Positions 1 to 7,018 of a stretch of 15,523 nucleotides of DNA are shown here, piece after piece. Position 1 is the stretch's first letter. Every line of letters starts with the position of its first letter. The stretch is from Syntrophaceae bacterium UBA6112 (GTDB lineage: Bacteria; Desulfobacterota; Syntrophia; Syntrophales; UBA5619). A program made the translations under genes and the position numbers. A model generated the notes under the pieces. It saw nothing but the letters and a program-made list of their open reading frames with translations, did not search any database and was not told the origin of the DNA. Location of the stretch: positions 41,833-57,355 of the forward strand of contig DIWG01000022.1 of the NCBI GenBank assembly GCA_002423465.1. Reading direction: 5' to 3'.

Positions 1-736
1 CGATCCCCTGATCCTTCTTGAATTCGGTGGCCAGATACTCGATCAGTCGCTGGTCGAAATCCTCGCCGCCCAGATGTGTGTCGCCGTTCGTGGATTTGAC
101 CTCGAAGACGCCGTCGCCCAGTTCGAGGATCGAGATATCAAACGTCCCGCCGCCCAGGTCGAAGACGGCGATCTTCTCGTCCTTCTTCTTGTCCAGGCCG
201 TAGGCGAGTGCCGCCGCCGTCGGCTCGTTGATGATCCTGAGCACATTCAGCCCGGCAATCTTGCCGGCGTCTTTTGTCGCCTGCCGCTGGGAGTCATTGA
301 AGTAGGCCGGCACGGTGATGACCGCGTCGGTGATCTTCTCCCCGAGGTAATCGTCGGCCGTCTGTTTCATCTTGACCAGGATCATCGACGAGATCTCCGC
401 CGGGCTGTAGTTCTTGCCCCGGATCGTCACCTGGGCGTCGCCGTTTCCGGCTTCGGTGATCTTGAACGGGCTGACCGTCTTGTCGTACTGCACCTCTTTC
501 GAATTGTATTTTCTCCCGATGAGCCGCTTGATCGCGTAGACGGTGTTCTCCGAATTGGTGACGGCCTGTCGCTTCGCGACCTGCCCCACCTGCCGCTCTC
601 CGCTCTCCGTGAAGGCCACCATTGAGGGGGTCGTTCGATTCCCTTCCTGGTTCGCGATCACGACGGGGTCCCCGCCTTCCATCACCGCAACGCACGAGTT
701 CGTCGTTCCCAAATCGATCCCGATAATCTTTCCCAT
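1..736 (-). CDS. dnaK: Molecular chaperone DnaK (Hsp70), N-terminal ATPase domain; gene continues past window start (3' truncated, ~245 codons in window)
   Basis: Reverse complement of 734-736 is ATG. The translation [22 protein letters not shown]...[21 protein letters not shown]...[16 protein letters not shown]...[10 protein letters not shown] carries the hallmark Hsp70 motifs. An AGGAGG Shine-Dalgarno (rc of 747-754) lies upstream. The frame stays open to position 2. Confidence 0.97.
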   Translation of the reverse strand, partial: MGKIIGIDLGTTNSCVAVMEGGDPVVIANQEGNRTTPSMVAFTESGERQVGQVAKRQAVTNSENTVYAIKRLIGRKYNSKEVQYDKTVSPFKITEAGNGDAQVTIRGKNYSPAEISSMILVKMKQTADDYLGEKITDAVITVPAYFNDSQRQATKDAGKIAGLNVLRIINEPTAAALAYGLDKKKDEKIAVFDLGGGTFDISILELGDGVFEVKSTNGDTHLGGEDFDQRLIEYLATEFKKDQGI

Positions 737-764
737 AATATCTATTCCTCCTCCTTATTTATTC

Positions 765-1391
765 TTAAGCTTCTTCGCAATTATTATCCCGGTCATCGCC
801 CATTGAAGAGCGTTTGCATACGGAAACCTTTGCCGGCCTGAGTAATCTGCCGTTCAGTAGATATCCCCGCTCAAACTCGTCCACCACCTTGCTGTCTTCA
901 TGTTCGGAACTCTCCACCTGCATCATCGCCTCGTGGACATGCGGATCAAACTCCTTCCCCTTTGTATCGATCATCTCTACGCCGTGTTTCTGAAGGCAAC
1001 CCAGGAGCTGTCCCTTAATCATCTCAAGGCCCTTCTTGAAAGCCTCGAAATCGTCGGAATTACAGGCATGTTCCAAGGCACGGTCCATCCCGTCGACCAG
1101 CGGCAGGATGTCGCGGAGCAGGGTCTCGTTTCCGTATTGAATCGCGTCCGTCTTCTCCCGAACCGCCCGTTTCCGGTAATTGTCCAGTTCGGCGGCGGTG
1201 CGCATGTATTTATCGTAATTTTCAGCGGCTTTCTTCTCCGCCTCTTGAAGTTTCACCATGATATCTTCCGTCCTTCCCGTTTCTCCAGGAAGTTCCGCTT
1301 CCAGATCTTGTGACGCCGACGGCGTTTCCATCGTTTTCTTCGGATGACCCTCTCCGGCCTCCGTCGTATCCTTTTTTACCCGTGCAACCAT
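765..1391 (-). CDS. grpE: Nucleotide exchange factor GrpE (alternative start at internal Met about 20 codons in)
   Basis: The 208-aa translation has a GrpE coiled-coil followed by a beta-sheet domain (…AENYDKYMRTAAELDNYRKRAVREKTDAIQYGNE…LLPLVDGMDRAL…GVEMIDTKGKEFDPHVHEAMM…). It lies directly upstream of dnaK on the same strand. Its TAA stop is at 765-767, 28 nt before the dnaK start. Confidence 0.93.
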   Translation of the reverse strand: MVARVKKDTTEAGEGHPKKTMETPSASQDLEAELPGETGRTEDIMVKLQEAEKKAAENYDKYMRTAAELDNYRKRAVREKTDAIQYGNETLLRDILPLVDGMDRALEHACNSDDFEAFKKGLEMIKGQLLGCLQKHGVEMIDTKGKEFDPHVHEAMMQVESSEHEDSKVVDEFERGYLLNGRLLRPAKVSVCKRSSMGDDRDNNCEEA

Positions 1392-1398
1392 GACTCTC

Positions 1399-1983
1399 CT
1401 ATTTCATATCCGTTCTTTGAAAGAGTTTGAAATCCACCATCTCGCAGATCACATGCCCCACCGTGATGTGTACCTCCTGAATTCGAGGGGTACTGCCGGA
1501 AGAGACGTTCAGGGCGTGATCCACAATCTTCGCGACATCACCGCCGTCCCGTCCGGTCAGACCGATCGTCACCATGCCGATCTTCCTGGCGGCCTCCAGC
1601 CCCCTGACCACGTTTGCAGATGTCCCGCTGGTACTCATCCCCCAAGCGACATCCCCCTTATGGCCGATGGCCCGGATCTGCTTGCTGAAGATGTCCGCGA
1701 AATCATAGTCGTTGCCGATGCTGGTGATGATGGACGTATCGGTCGTCAGTGCAATCGCCGGAAGGGGCGGCCTTTCAATCGCGAACCGGTTCACGAATTC
1801 CGCCGCAAGGTGCTGGGCGTCCGCCGCGGACCCGCCGTTTCCGAAAAGCAGAATCTTGTTTCCCGCCTTCAGAGCCATTGTGACCGCTTCGACCGCGGCC
1901 ACGATCCGGTTGAGGTTTTCGTTGACAAAGGTCTCCTTGACCTGGCCCGACTCCCGGAATATCTTAATAATATAATCTTCCAT
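1399..1983 (-). CDS. gmhA: SIS-domain sugar-phosphate isomerase, GmhA (phosphoheptose isomerase)/DiaA family; ORF-track start at 2022 is a TTG, ATG at 1981-1983 preferred
   Basis: The translation MEDYIIKIF…NKILLFGNGGSAADAQHLAAEFVNRF…ERPPLPAIALTTD…GDVAWGMSTSGTSANV…VTIGLTGRDGG…STPRIQEVHITVGHVICEMVD matches the GmhA/SIS pattern. Its TAG stop overlaps the AGGAGA Shine-Dalgarno of grpE (TAGGAGAGTCATG on the minus strand), indicating coupling. Confidence 0.85.
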   Translation of the reverse strand: MEDYIIKIFRESGQVKETFVNENLNRIVAAVEAVTMALKAGNKILLFGNGGSAADAQHLAAEFVNRFAIERPPLPAIALTTDTSIITSIGNDYDFADIFSKQIRAIGHKGDVAWGMSTSGTSANVVRGLEAARKIGMVTIGLTGRDGGDVAKIVDHALNVSSGSTPRIQEVHITVGHVICEMVDFKLFQRTDMK

Positions 1984-2028
1984 GCCGCCCTTTCCCGTCG
2001 GTTTTTTCGGGAATCCTCTCAAATCGCG

Positions 2029-2087
2029 ATTAATATAAGAATCAACCCGGAGCCTGTCAAGGGAACCCGGTCGATTTTAATATTAAC
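2029..2087. promoter_or_regulatory. Imperfect inverted repeat (~21-bp arms, 16-bp centre) enclosing the -35 and -10 of the heat-shock operon promoter; candidate repressor operator
   Basis: Left arm is ATTAATATAAGAATCAACCCGG (2029-2050). Right arm is CCGGTCGATTTTAATATTAAC (2067-2087). The reverse complement of the right arm matches the left arm at about 17 of 21 positions. The -35 lies at the dyad centre and the -10 inside the left arm. It is not CIRCE (TTAGCACTC-N9-GAGTGCTAA) and not HAIR. Confidence 0.45.
2032..2060 (-). promoter_or_regulatory. Near-consensus sigma70 promoter for gmhA-grpE-dnaK: -35 TTGACA (rc of 2055-2060), 17-nt spacer, -10 TATATT (rc of 2032-2037); predicted TSS about 2025
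   Basis: Read directly on the minus strand: cccTTGACAggctccgggttgattctTATATTaatcgcg. It sits in an AT-rich island inside GC-rich DNA. The distance to the gmhA ATG is about 42 nt, with a GGAAAGGG Shine-Dalgarno-like element. Confidence 0.7.
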
Positions 2088-2205
2088 CCAGTCTGCCCAA
2101 AAAGAATGTCGGCCCGCGAAGAGAAAACGACCTTGTTCAGCCGCAGGGAAAAAATCCAGCAATCATTTTCACGGAAAACGGCCGGGAACCTGATATGAGC
2201 CGCAT

Positions 2206-4287
2206 TCAGAAGAGGGGTTCAGCGGGGAAGGCTTCCCGATTGCGGTTCCGGTCGCGGAGCTCCGCCCGCTTTCCCCGGTTCCAACCGGAGACCCGGCTGA
2301 AATATTGGGTGATCCGGGCGAGGCCGTCCACCTCCGTGGAACCGCAAAGCCGGCATATGTTATGCAGCCCCCGCAGGGTGGCTCCGCAGCGCTCGCAGCA
2401 GGTGAACTCCGGGGAAAAAACGATCTGGTTGTTCTTCGTCTCCCGGAAGGCTCGGACGACCAGATCGGCAAGAAAGGAAACGGGAGGTTCGCCCTCCCCC
2501 AATTCGATGTGTGTCACCGCCCCCGCCCGGAAGAGGGGGTGAAACCGCCCCTCGATCCGGATCCGCGTCGCCGGATCGACCTTGGCCGCCGGCGGGAGGT
2601 GGGACGAATTGGTGTAATAAATCTCCCCCCGGACAAGATCGCCCCGGACGTACCGGCCCGACAGCGGCGAGAAATGCTTCAGGTCGAGGCGAGCGAAACG
2701 GTAGGCGGTGGTCTCCGCGGGGGTCTGTTCCAGGACAAACCTTATCCCGTGGATCGCGCCGAGCCTGTCAGCCTCCTCCCGCAGATGACCGACGATCGCC
2801 AAACCGAATTCCAGGGCTTCCCCCGATTCGTGCAGCGATTTTCCTCTCCGGATCCGGACCAGTTCATCGAGCCCCGTCATCCCGATCAGACAGGAGGCAT
2901 CGACCGTACGGAGGTAGGGTGATCCGTCGTTTTGCATCGCAAGCATGGCAAGCGGTCCGGCATCGCCTAATGAGAGGAGGTTTTCAATGAATTCAAGTTT
3001 CTGGACGTGCGCCTTCGCCGCGAGCCCCATGACCTCCCCCAGGAGCGACCGAAGTTTGCCGTCGTCGCCCCCGCAGCGATACCCGAGACGGGGCAAATTG
3101 ATCGTGACGTTCTGGATCGACGCGCATCGCCTTTTCCAGGGTTCGATCCAACCGCCTTCCGTTCCTTCCCGGAAATCCGCACCGCCGCATGGGGAAATTC
3201 GCACTCCCTGCTCCCGGTCGAGGATAAAGCAGGGATTTCCCTTCGCCGCGGCGGCGCCGCATGCCTCCGCCAGGAATGCCTCGTGGCCGGGGGTTCGGAA
3301 GAACGCGTCCGTGACGTGAATGATGGGCCGTGGAAAGATGAAGGGTTTTCCCTCGGCGTCGCCTGCCCGGTAAACCGCCATGAGCGCCCGGGCGAATCGT
3401 CGGGCTTCCTCCCCGTATTCCCCAAAAGTCCGGCCGGTGGGCTTTCCTCCGGGACCGACTGCGGGCAGCCCGACCAGAAAGTCCGGGACCTCCCAGTAGA
3501 GGTGGATGTCGGTGAAGATCGCCTGCCCCCCGCGCGACGAGGTAAGCTGCGAGAATTCGTAGACCAGCATTTGGGCGAACTGTTCGACCTCCCGCTCCCC
3601 CATATCGGTCAGATAAGGGGCAAAAGAGTGGTTGACCGCATCCCAGCCGATCACCCCGGCGAAGTGTCCCTGAAGCGAGGCCCCGAAACGAACCATGTGG
3701 GCCAGGAGAACTTCCGCATGACGCGCCGGTCCGGCAACCGTCACCGAATGGGGCAGTTTGAGGCCGAACTGTTTGAGGTATTCGAGGGACTGGAAGGCGC
3801 TGTAGGGCCGGTCGATGTAACCCAGGCCGTGGAGATGAATGTCACCGGAGACGTGGGCGTCGCCCACTTCCCGCGAAAAAACGTCGTGGAGGGCGTATTC
3901 CCGTTTGATCCCCTCGACAAGGGCCAGACTCGTCCCCTCGGGGGCGTGGGGAACGTTCGCGTTTTCCTTGTTCTGGTGGAAGATGAGCTGCCGGACGTCG
4001 TAGAGGGGAAAGCCGAGGCGGGCATGAAGCCGACGCGCCTGTTCCAGCCCCCGCTCAATCAGTTTGGCATCCACGAGTTCCCGGATCAGCGCCGTTGTCA
4101 GCAGGCTGATCCCGGAGGAAACAATCTGTTTTTCCACCTCCCGGCTGATCGCCTCGGCGGTCTCCTCGTCGATCCCCGCCTCGCGGATCAGGGCCTCGAC
4201 GATCCGCCGGCGGTTCCAGCGTACAGCCTCCTCGCCGGAGGTCCGGACGAAAAGTGTGATGTCGGTGGTTTCCGGATTGGTCGTCAT
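2206..4287 (-). CDS. nrdD: Anaerobic ribonucleoside-triphosphate reductase, class III (NrdD-like) with N-terminal ATP-cone; start is ATG at 4285-4287 (ORF-track TTG at 4299 is less likely)
   Basis: There is an N-terminal ATP-cone (ITLFVRTSGEEAVRWNRRRIVEALIREAGIDEET…). The large body has the nrdD-like length of about 690 aa. The C-terminus has a Cys4 cluster (FTCCERCGATLRGLHNICRLCG) followed by a glycyl-radical-like motif RITQYFSRVSGWN. The gene is coupled to the upstream HD gene. Confidence 0.88.
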   Translation of the reverse strand: MTTNPETTDITLFVRTSGEEAVRWNRRRIVEALIREAGIDEETAEAISREVEKQIVSSGISLLTTALIRELVDAKLIERGLEQARRLHARLGFPLYDVRQLIFHQNKENANVPHAPEGTSLALVEGIKREYALHDVFSREVGDAHVSGDIHLHGLGYIDRPYSAFQSLEYLKQFGLKLPHSVTVAGPARHAEVLLAHMVRFGASLQGHFAGVIGWDAVNHSFAPYLTDMGEREVEQFAQMLVYEFSQLTSSRGGQAIFTDIHLYWEVPDFLVGLPAVGPGGKPTGRTFGEYGEEARRFARALMAVYRAGDAEGKPFIFPRPIIHVTDAFFRTPGHEAFLAEACGAAAAKGNPCFILDREQGVRISPCGGADFREGTEGGWIEPWKRRCASIQNVTINLPRLGYRCGGDDGKLRSLLGEVMGLAAKAHVQKLEFIENLLSLGDAGPLAMLAMQNDGSPYLRTVDASCLIGMTGLDELVRIRRGKSLHESGEALEFGLAIVGHLREEADRLGAIHGIRFVLEQTPAETTAYRFARLDLKHFSPLSGRYVRGDLVRGEIYYTNSSHLPPAAKVDPATRIRIEGRFHPLFRAGAVTHIELGEGEPPVSFLADLVVRAFRETKNNQIVFSPEFTCCERCGATLRGLHNICRLCGSTEVDGLARITQYFSRVSGWNRGKRAELRDRNRNREAFPAEPLF

Positions 4288-4295
4288 GGTCGGAT

Positions 4296-5711
4296 TCAAA
4301 TGTTGGTTCGGGAAGCCCCGTCCACGCTGCTGAGGATTCGCTCCGCCGCACGGGCGAGGATCTCGTCGTGGTCGTGGTTCAGGGAAAAAACCCGGAGATG
4401 GACAACCCGGGCCGGGATGAAGCGGTAGATCTCCCGGAGAGGTTCGGGTGACGTCGTCCCCGTCGCGGGGTCGAAGATGTTCACCCGTTTGTCCGACTCC
4501 GCCATCGGATTGACCGGCCGCGGATCCTGCGTCGCCAGATCGACGCGGAAGGATTTTTTCTTCAGAGGACCGGGCAGACAGGAGCGGATCTGTTCCTCAT
4601 AGTCGGGCGCGGGGGAGAAGCGGGTTCCCCTCTGGATCTGGTCGATGGAAAGTTCAGCCGAAAACGACATCTTCCACTTGACCTCCCGGCGGTGGAGCTT
4701 TTCCCATTCTCGACCGAGCGTCCGTTTCCGCCGATCGGTGCTGTCGCGCCACGACCGGACCTCGGAATAGAGACGCCACTCATCGCAATCCAGGTACGCA
4801 TCCAGGTTATCAGCGGGATTGACCGGCAGGATCAGGTCCATCGTTTCGCGGAAGATCTCTTGGAGATGGAGATCCAGCGCCCGCGTGGTCCGATGGAAAT
4901 AGACGTTGGAATAGAGGTTCAGTCTCGCATTCAGAAAGCGGCCGAGGGCCGAGACGCCCGCCTGGTGGAGCGTGAGCCCCTGTTTCGTGAAGAAGGTATA
5001 GAAGCGAAGCCGGACGATGTCCACGATGTCCAGGGAAAACCCCGTCATGAAGGCGTCCCGCTGGACATAGTCGAGATTATCGACCGTGTAGGTGCCCGAA
5101 AATAGCTGGCGGAGCAGTTGAAGCCACCTGGGTTCGCCGTCGTCCCGTTCGTTCGGCATCCGAATCAGGAAGGCCACATGGGCGGGATCGAGCGCCTCGC
5201 CTTCGGCAAAGGGTCCCGACGGGCTCCGCCTGATTCGGGAGATCACCCTTCCCAGCTTCCGGCGGATGATCAGGCATCCCATTTCCTCATGGGTCAGCCC
5301 GTAGCCGTCCAGAAAATGGTCGTCGAAGAAATGGCCGAAGGGCCCGTGACCCACGTCATGAAGCAGCCCCGCTACCCGGAGAAGTTCCTCCACGCAATTT
5401 GTGGAGGGTGCATCCGGACAGACCTCCTTCAGGGACGGATAGAGGTGACGGCAGAACTCGCCTGCCATGTGCATTGTTCCAAGGGAATGCTGGAAGCGCG
5501 TGTGTTCGGCGGCCGGATAGACCCAGCGGGCGCTCTGAAGCTGGTAGATCCGCCGGAGACGCTGCACCCAGGGGGAGTCGATCAGGTCCTTCTCGGTCTT
5601 CTCACCGCCGTCCGCTGCGGGAACGGTAAAGGAGGCATACTTGTAAATGGGATCGGCAATCAGCGCCATCCCCTGGTAGGTCCCCGCATATTCGGCAGGC
5701 AACGTCTTCAT
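4296..5711 (-). CDS. HD-domain dNTP triphosphohydrolase-like protein (SAMHD1/COG1078, dGTPase-like superfamily); ATG at 5709-5711 preferred over the ORF-track TTG at 5747
   Basis: The translation …DPIYKYASFTVPA…IDSPWVQRLRRIYQLQSARWVYPAAEHTRFQHSLGTMHMAGEF…LLHDVGHGPFGHFFDD…YVQRD… contains the H…HD…D signature of HD phosphohydrolases of the dNTPase clade. An AAAGG Shine-Dalgarno lies about 8 nt before the ATG. Its TGA stop (rc of 4296-4298) overlaps the nrdD start region. Confidence 0.82.
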   Translation of the reverse strand: MKTLPAEYAGTYQGMALIADPIYKYASFTVPAADGGEKTEKDLIDSPWVQRLRRIYQLQSARWVYPAAEHTRFQHSLGTMHMAGEFCRHLYPSLKEVCPDAPSTNCVEELLRVAGLLHDVGHGPFGHFFDDHFLDGYGLTHEEMGCLIIRRKLGRVISRIRRSPSGPFAEGEALDPAHVAFLIRMPNERDDGEPRWLQLLRQLFSGTYTVDNLDYVQRDAFMTGFSLDIVDIVRLRFYTFFTKQGLTLHQAGVSALGRFLNARLNLYSNVYFHRTTRALDLHLQEIFRETMDLILPVNPADNLDAYLDCDEWRLYSEVRSWRDSTDRRKRTLGREWEKLHRREVKWKMSFSAELSIDQIQRGTRFSPAPDYEEQIRSCLPGPLKKKSFRVDLATQDPRPVNPMAESDKRVNIFDPATGTTSPEPLREIYRFIPARVVHLRVFSLNHDHDEILARAAERILSSVDGASRTNI

Positions 5712-5765
5712 GGTGGAACCTTTACAATATTCGCACCCAAATAGCAAACGGGAGGTTTTCCCTTC

Positions 5766-5794
5766 TTGACTTCGCGACAGGGTTCCTCTATATT
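5766..5794 (+). promoter_or_regulatory. Strong sigma70-type promoter for the SPFH gene: -35 TTGACT (5766-5771), 17-nt spacer, -10 TATATT (5789-5794); possible second promoter with TTGAAA (5809-5814) and GATAAA (5832-5837)
   Basis: Read directly: cTTGACTtcgcgacagggttcctcTATATTtccgg, in the AT-rich divergent intergenic region between the HD gene (minus) and the SPFH gene (plus). The ATG is at 5857 with an AGGTGA Shine-Dalgarno. Confidence 0.65.
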
Positions 5795-5807
5795 TCCGGT
5801 CCGGAAA
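5793..5807. promoter_or_regulatory. Perfect 7-1-7 palindrome TTTCCGGTCCGGAAA at the predicted +1 of the SPFH promoter; candidate operator
   Basis: The sequence 5793-5807 is exactly self-complementary. It lies between the -10 hexamer and the second TTGAAA -35-like element. Confidence 0.35.
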
Positions 5808-5856
5808 CTTGAAAACTTCTCACATCTTATTGATAAAACCCTTGCATAGGTGAACC

Positions 5857-7017
5857 ATGGGAACCAACAACGTTGTTTTTCTGGAAGTCATCGAATGGTT
5901 TGACGAATCAGGAAAGGAACTGGTCCACCGCATCCCGGAAAGCGGCTCCGGCGAGATCAAATGGGGAGCACAGATGACCGTCCGCGAAAGCCAGGCCGCT
6001 GTTTTCTTCTACAACGGAAAGGCTTACGACGCCTTCGGTCCGGGACGCCACACCCTCAAGACAGCCAACATCCCCCTGCTGACGAAGATCCTCAGCCTCC
6101 CCTGGGGCCTGACGAGTCCGCTGCGGGCCGAGGTGTACTTCACGAGCATGAAAATTTTCCCGAATCTCACATGGGGCACCCGCGACCCGGTCGCTTTCCG
6201 GGACAGGGAACTGGGGCTGATCCGCCTGCGGGCGTTCGGCGTCTTCAATCTCCGGATCCTCCAGCCGCTTCTTTTCATCAACAGCCTGGTCGGAACACAG
6301 GGGGTCTATACCACCGAGGCCGTCGCCGAATACCTGAACCGGGTCATCGTCTCGCGCTTCAACGACTTCATGGGGGAAAAGATCGACACGATCTTCGACC
6401 TGCCGGCGCGTTATGGCGAACTCTCCGAGGGGCTCCGCAAGCTCCTCGATAACGATTTCGCTCAGTTCGGTCTCGGGCTCGCGGACCTCTACATCAATTC
6501 GATCACTCCGCCGCCGGAAGTGCAGAAGGCGATTGACGACAAGAGTCGCCTGGGCGTCTTCGACGACATGAACAAGCTCCTCAAAATGAAGGCTGCCATG
6601 GCCATGGAAAGCGCCGCCCAGACGCAGGGCGAGGCGGGCGCAGGCCTCGGGATGGGGATGGGGTTCATGATGCCGGCGATGTTCGCCGAGGCCTTCCGGG
6701 GCGGATCCTCCCCGGCTGCCGCAACGGAGCTCATCACCTGCCCGGACTGCCGGCTTCCGATCCAGAAGGAGGCAAAATTCTGCCCCCACTGCGGACATCA
6801 GCTCTTGATATTCCAGAAATGCGCATTCTGCGGAAAGAACCTCCCCCCGAGCGCGAAGTTCTGCATCCAGTGCGGACGCCCCGTTGAGGAGAAACCTCAG
6901 GAGAAGAAGTGTCCTCATTGCGGCACGGCGAACCTGGCAAACGCGACCTTCTGCAACCAGTGCGGACAAAAATGTGACGGCTGCGGGGACGCCTTGCCGC
7001 AAGGCGTCCCCGCATAG
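5857..7017 (+). CDS. SPFH/band-7 family protein of the YdjI / COG4260 (so-called virion core protein-like, Band_7_1) type with C-terminal tandem zinc ribbons
   Basis: The N-terminal about 270 aa (MGTNNVVFLEVIEWFDESGKELVHRIPESGSGEIKWGAQMTVRESQAAVFFYNGKAYDAFGPGRHTLKTANIPLL…PLRAEVYFTSMKIFPNLTWGTRDPVAFRD…LIRLRAFGVFNLRI…) match the conserved signature of this SPFH subfamily. This is recalled from memory and should be verified by HMM. The C-terminal about 97 aa hold three complete CPxCG-x9-11-FCxxCG zinc ribbons plus a truncated fourth (CDGCG). Confidence 0.8.
   Translation: MGTNNVVFLEVIEWFDESGKELVHRIPESGSGEIKWGAQMTVRESQAAVFFYNGKAYDAFGPGRHTLKTANIPLLTKILSLPWGLTSPLRAEVYFTSMKIFPNLTWGTRDPVAFRDRELGLIRLRAFGVFNLRILQPLLFINSLVGTQGVYTTEAVAEYLNRVIVSRFNDFMGEKIDTIFDLPARYGELSEGLRKLLDNDFAQFGLGLADLYINSITPPPEVQKAIDDKSRLGVFDDMNKLLKMKAAMAMESAAQTQGEAGAGLGMGMGFMMPAMFAEAFRGGSSPAAATELITCPDCRLPIQKEAKFCPHCGHQLLIFQKCAFCGKNLPPSAKFCIQCGRPVEEKPQEKKCPHCGTANLANATFCNQCGQKCDGCGDALPQGVPA
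6724..7014 (+). repeat. Tandem zinc-ribbon-coding repeats (CPDC…CPHCG / CAFCG…CIQCG / CPHCG…CNQCG / CDGCG) at the 3' end of the SPFH gene
   Basis: The TGCccnCAcTGCGGa / TTCTGCnnnCAGTGCGGa codon blocks are visible at the DNA level. The protein shows a repeating CxxCG…FCxxCG pattern. Confidence 0.7.
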
Positions 7018-7018
7018 G

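Noticed and set aside
74-625. Long ORFs antisense or out of frame to real genes: 74-625(+), 294-695(-), 900-1313(+), 1390-2193(+), 3007-4428(+), 5118-5744(+), 5908-7077(-), 7541-8266(-), 10090-11187(-), 10950-12317(-), 12539-13858(-), 12628-13818(+), 13756-14568(-), among others
   Set aside because: Each overlaps a gene with a clearly recognizable protein family on the other strand or frame. Their translations are Arg/Gly/Pro-rich low-complexity junk, typical of GC-rich DNA. None has a credible RBS.
765-830. Cys-containing C-terminal tail of GrpE (…SVCKRSSMGDDRDNNCEEA) as a possible redox or metal-sensing extension
   Set aside because: GrpE C-termini are variable, two cysteines are weak evidence, and the tail could reflect a slightly late stop codon. 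It is not worth a finding without comparative data.
2023-2205. CIRCE (HrcA) or HAIR (HspR) operator upstream of the chaperone operon; sigma32 promoter
   Set aside because: Neither TTAGCACTC-N9-GAGTGCTAA nor CTTGAGT-N7-ACTCAAG is present. CTTGACA is followed by no CCCCAT element. A different AT-rich dyad is reported as a finding instead.
5808-5828. CTTGAAA identical to the sigma32 -35 consensus, raising the possibility of a heat-shock promoter for the SPFH gene
   Set aside because: The only CCCCATnT-like stretch (CACATCT) starts 5 nt downstream, not the required 13-15 nt. It is better explained as a sigma70-like -35 with GATAAA at 17-nt spacing, or as coincidence.
6724-7014. Short periodic DNA repeats (TGCGGA-containing units) that could suggest a CRISPR-like or VNTR array
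   Set aside because: The periodicity is in-frame and encodes repeated CPxCG zinc-ribbon motifs inside a CDS. The units are not identical, and there are no spacer-like unique segments and no cas genes.
6884-7018. ORF-track start at 6884 for the 455-aa ORF (also 10153 for DUF169, 10614 for ADH, 8424 for the transporter, 2022 and 5747 TTG starts)
   Set aside because: These N-terminal extensions overlap the preceding gene by tens to hundreds of nt and translate to Arg-rich junk, or use TTG with no Shine-Dalgarno. Downstream ATG or GTG starts with a Shine-Dalgarno, and beginning at the conserved protein N-terminus, are preferred.
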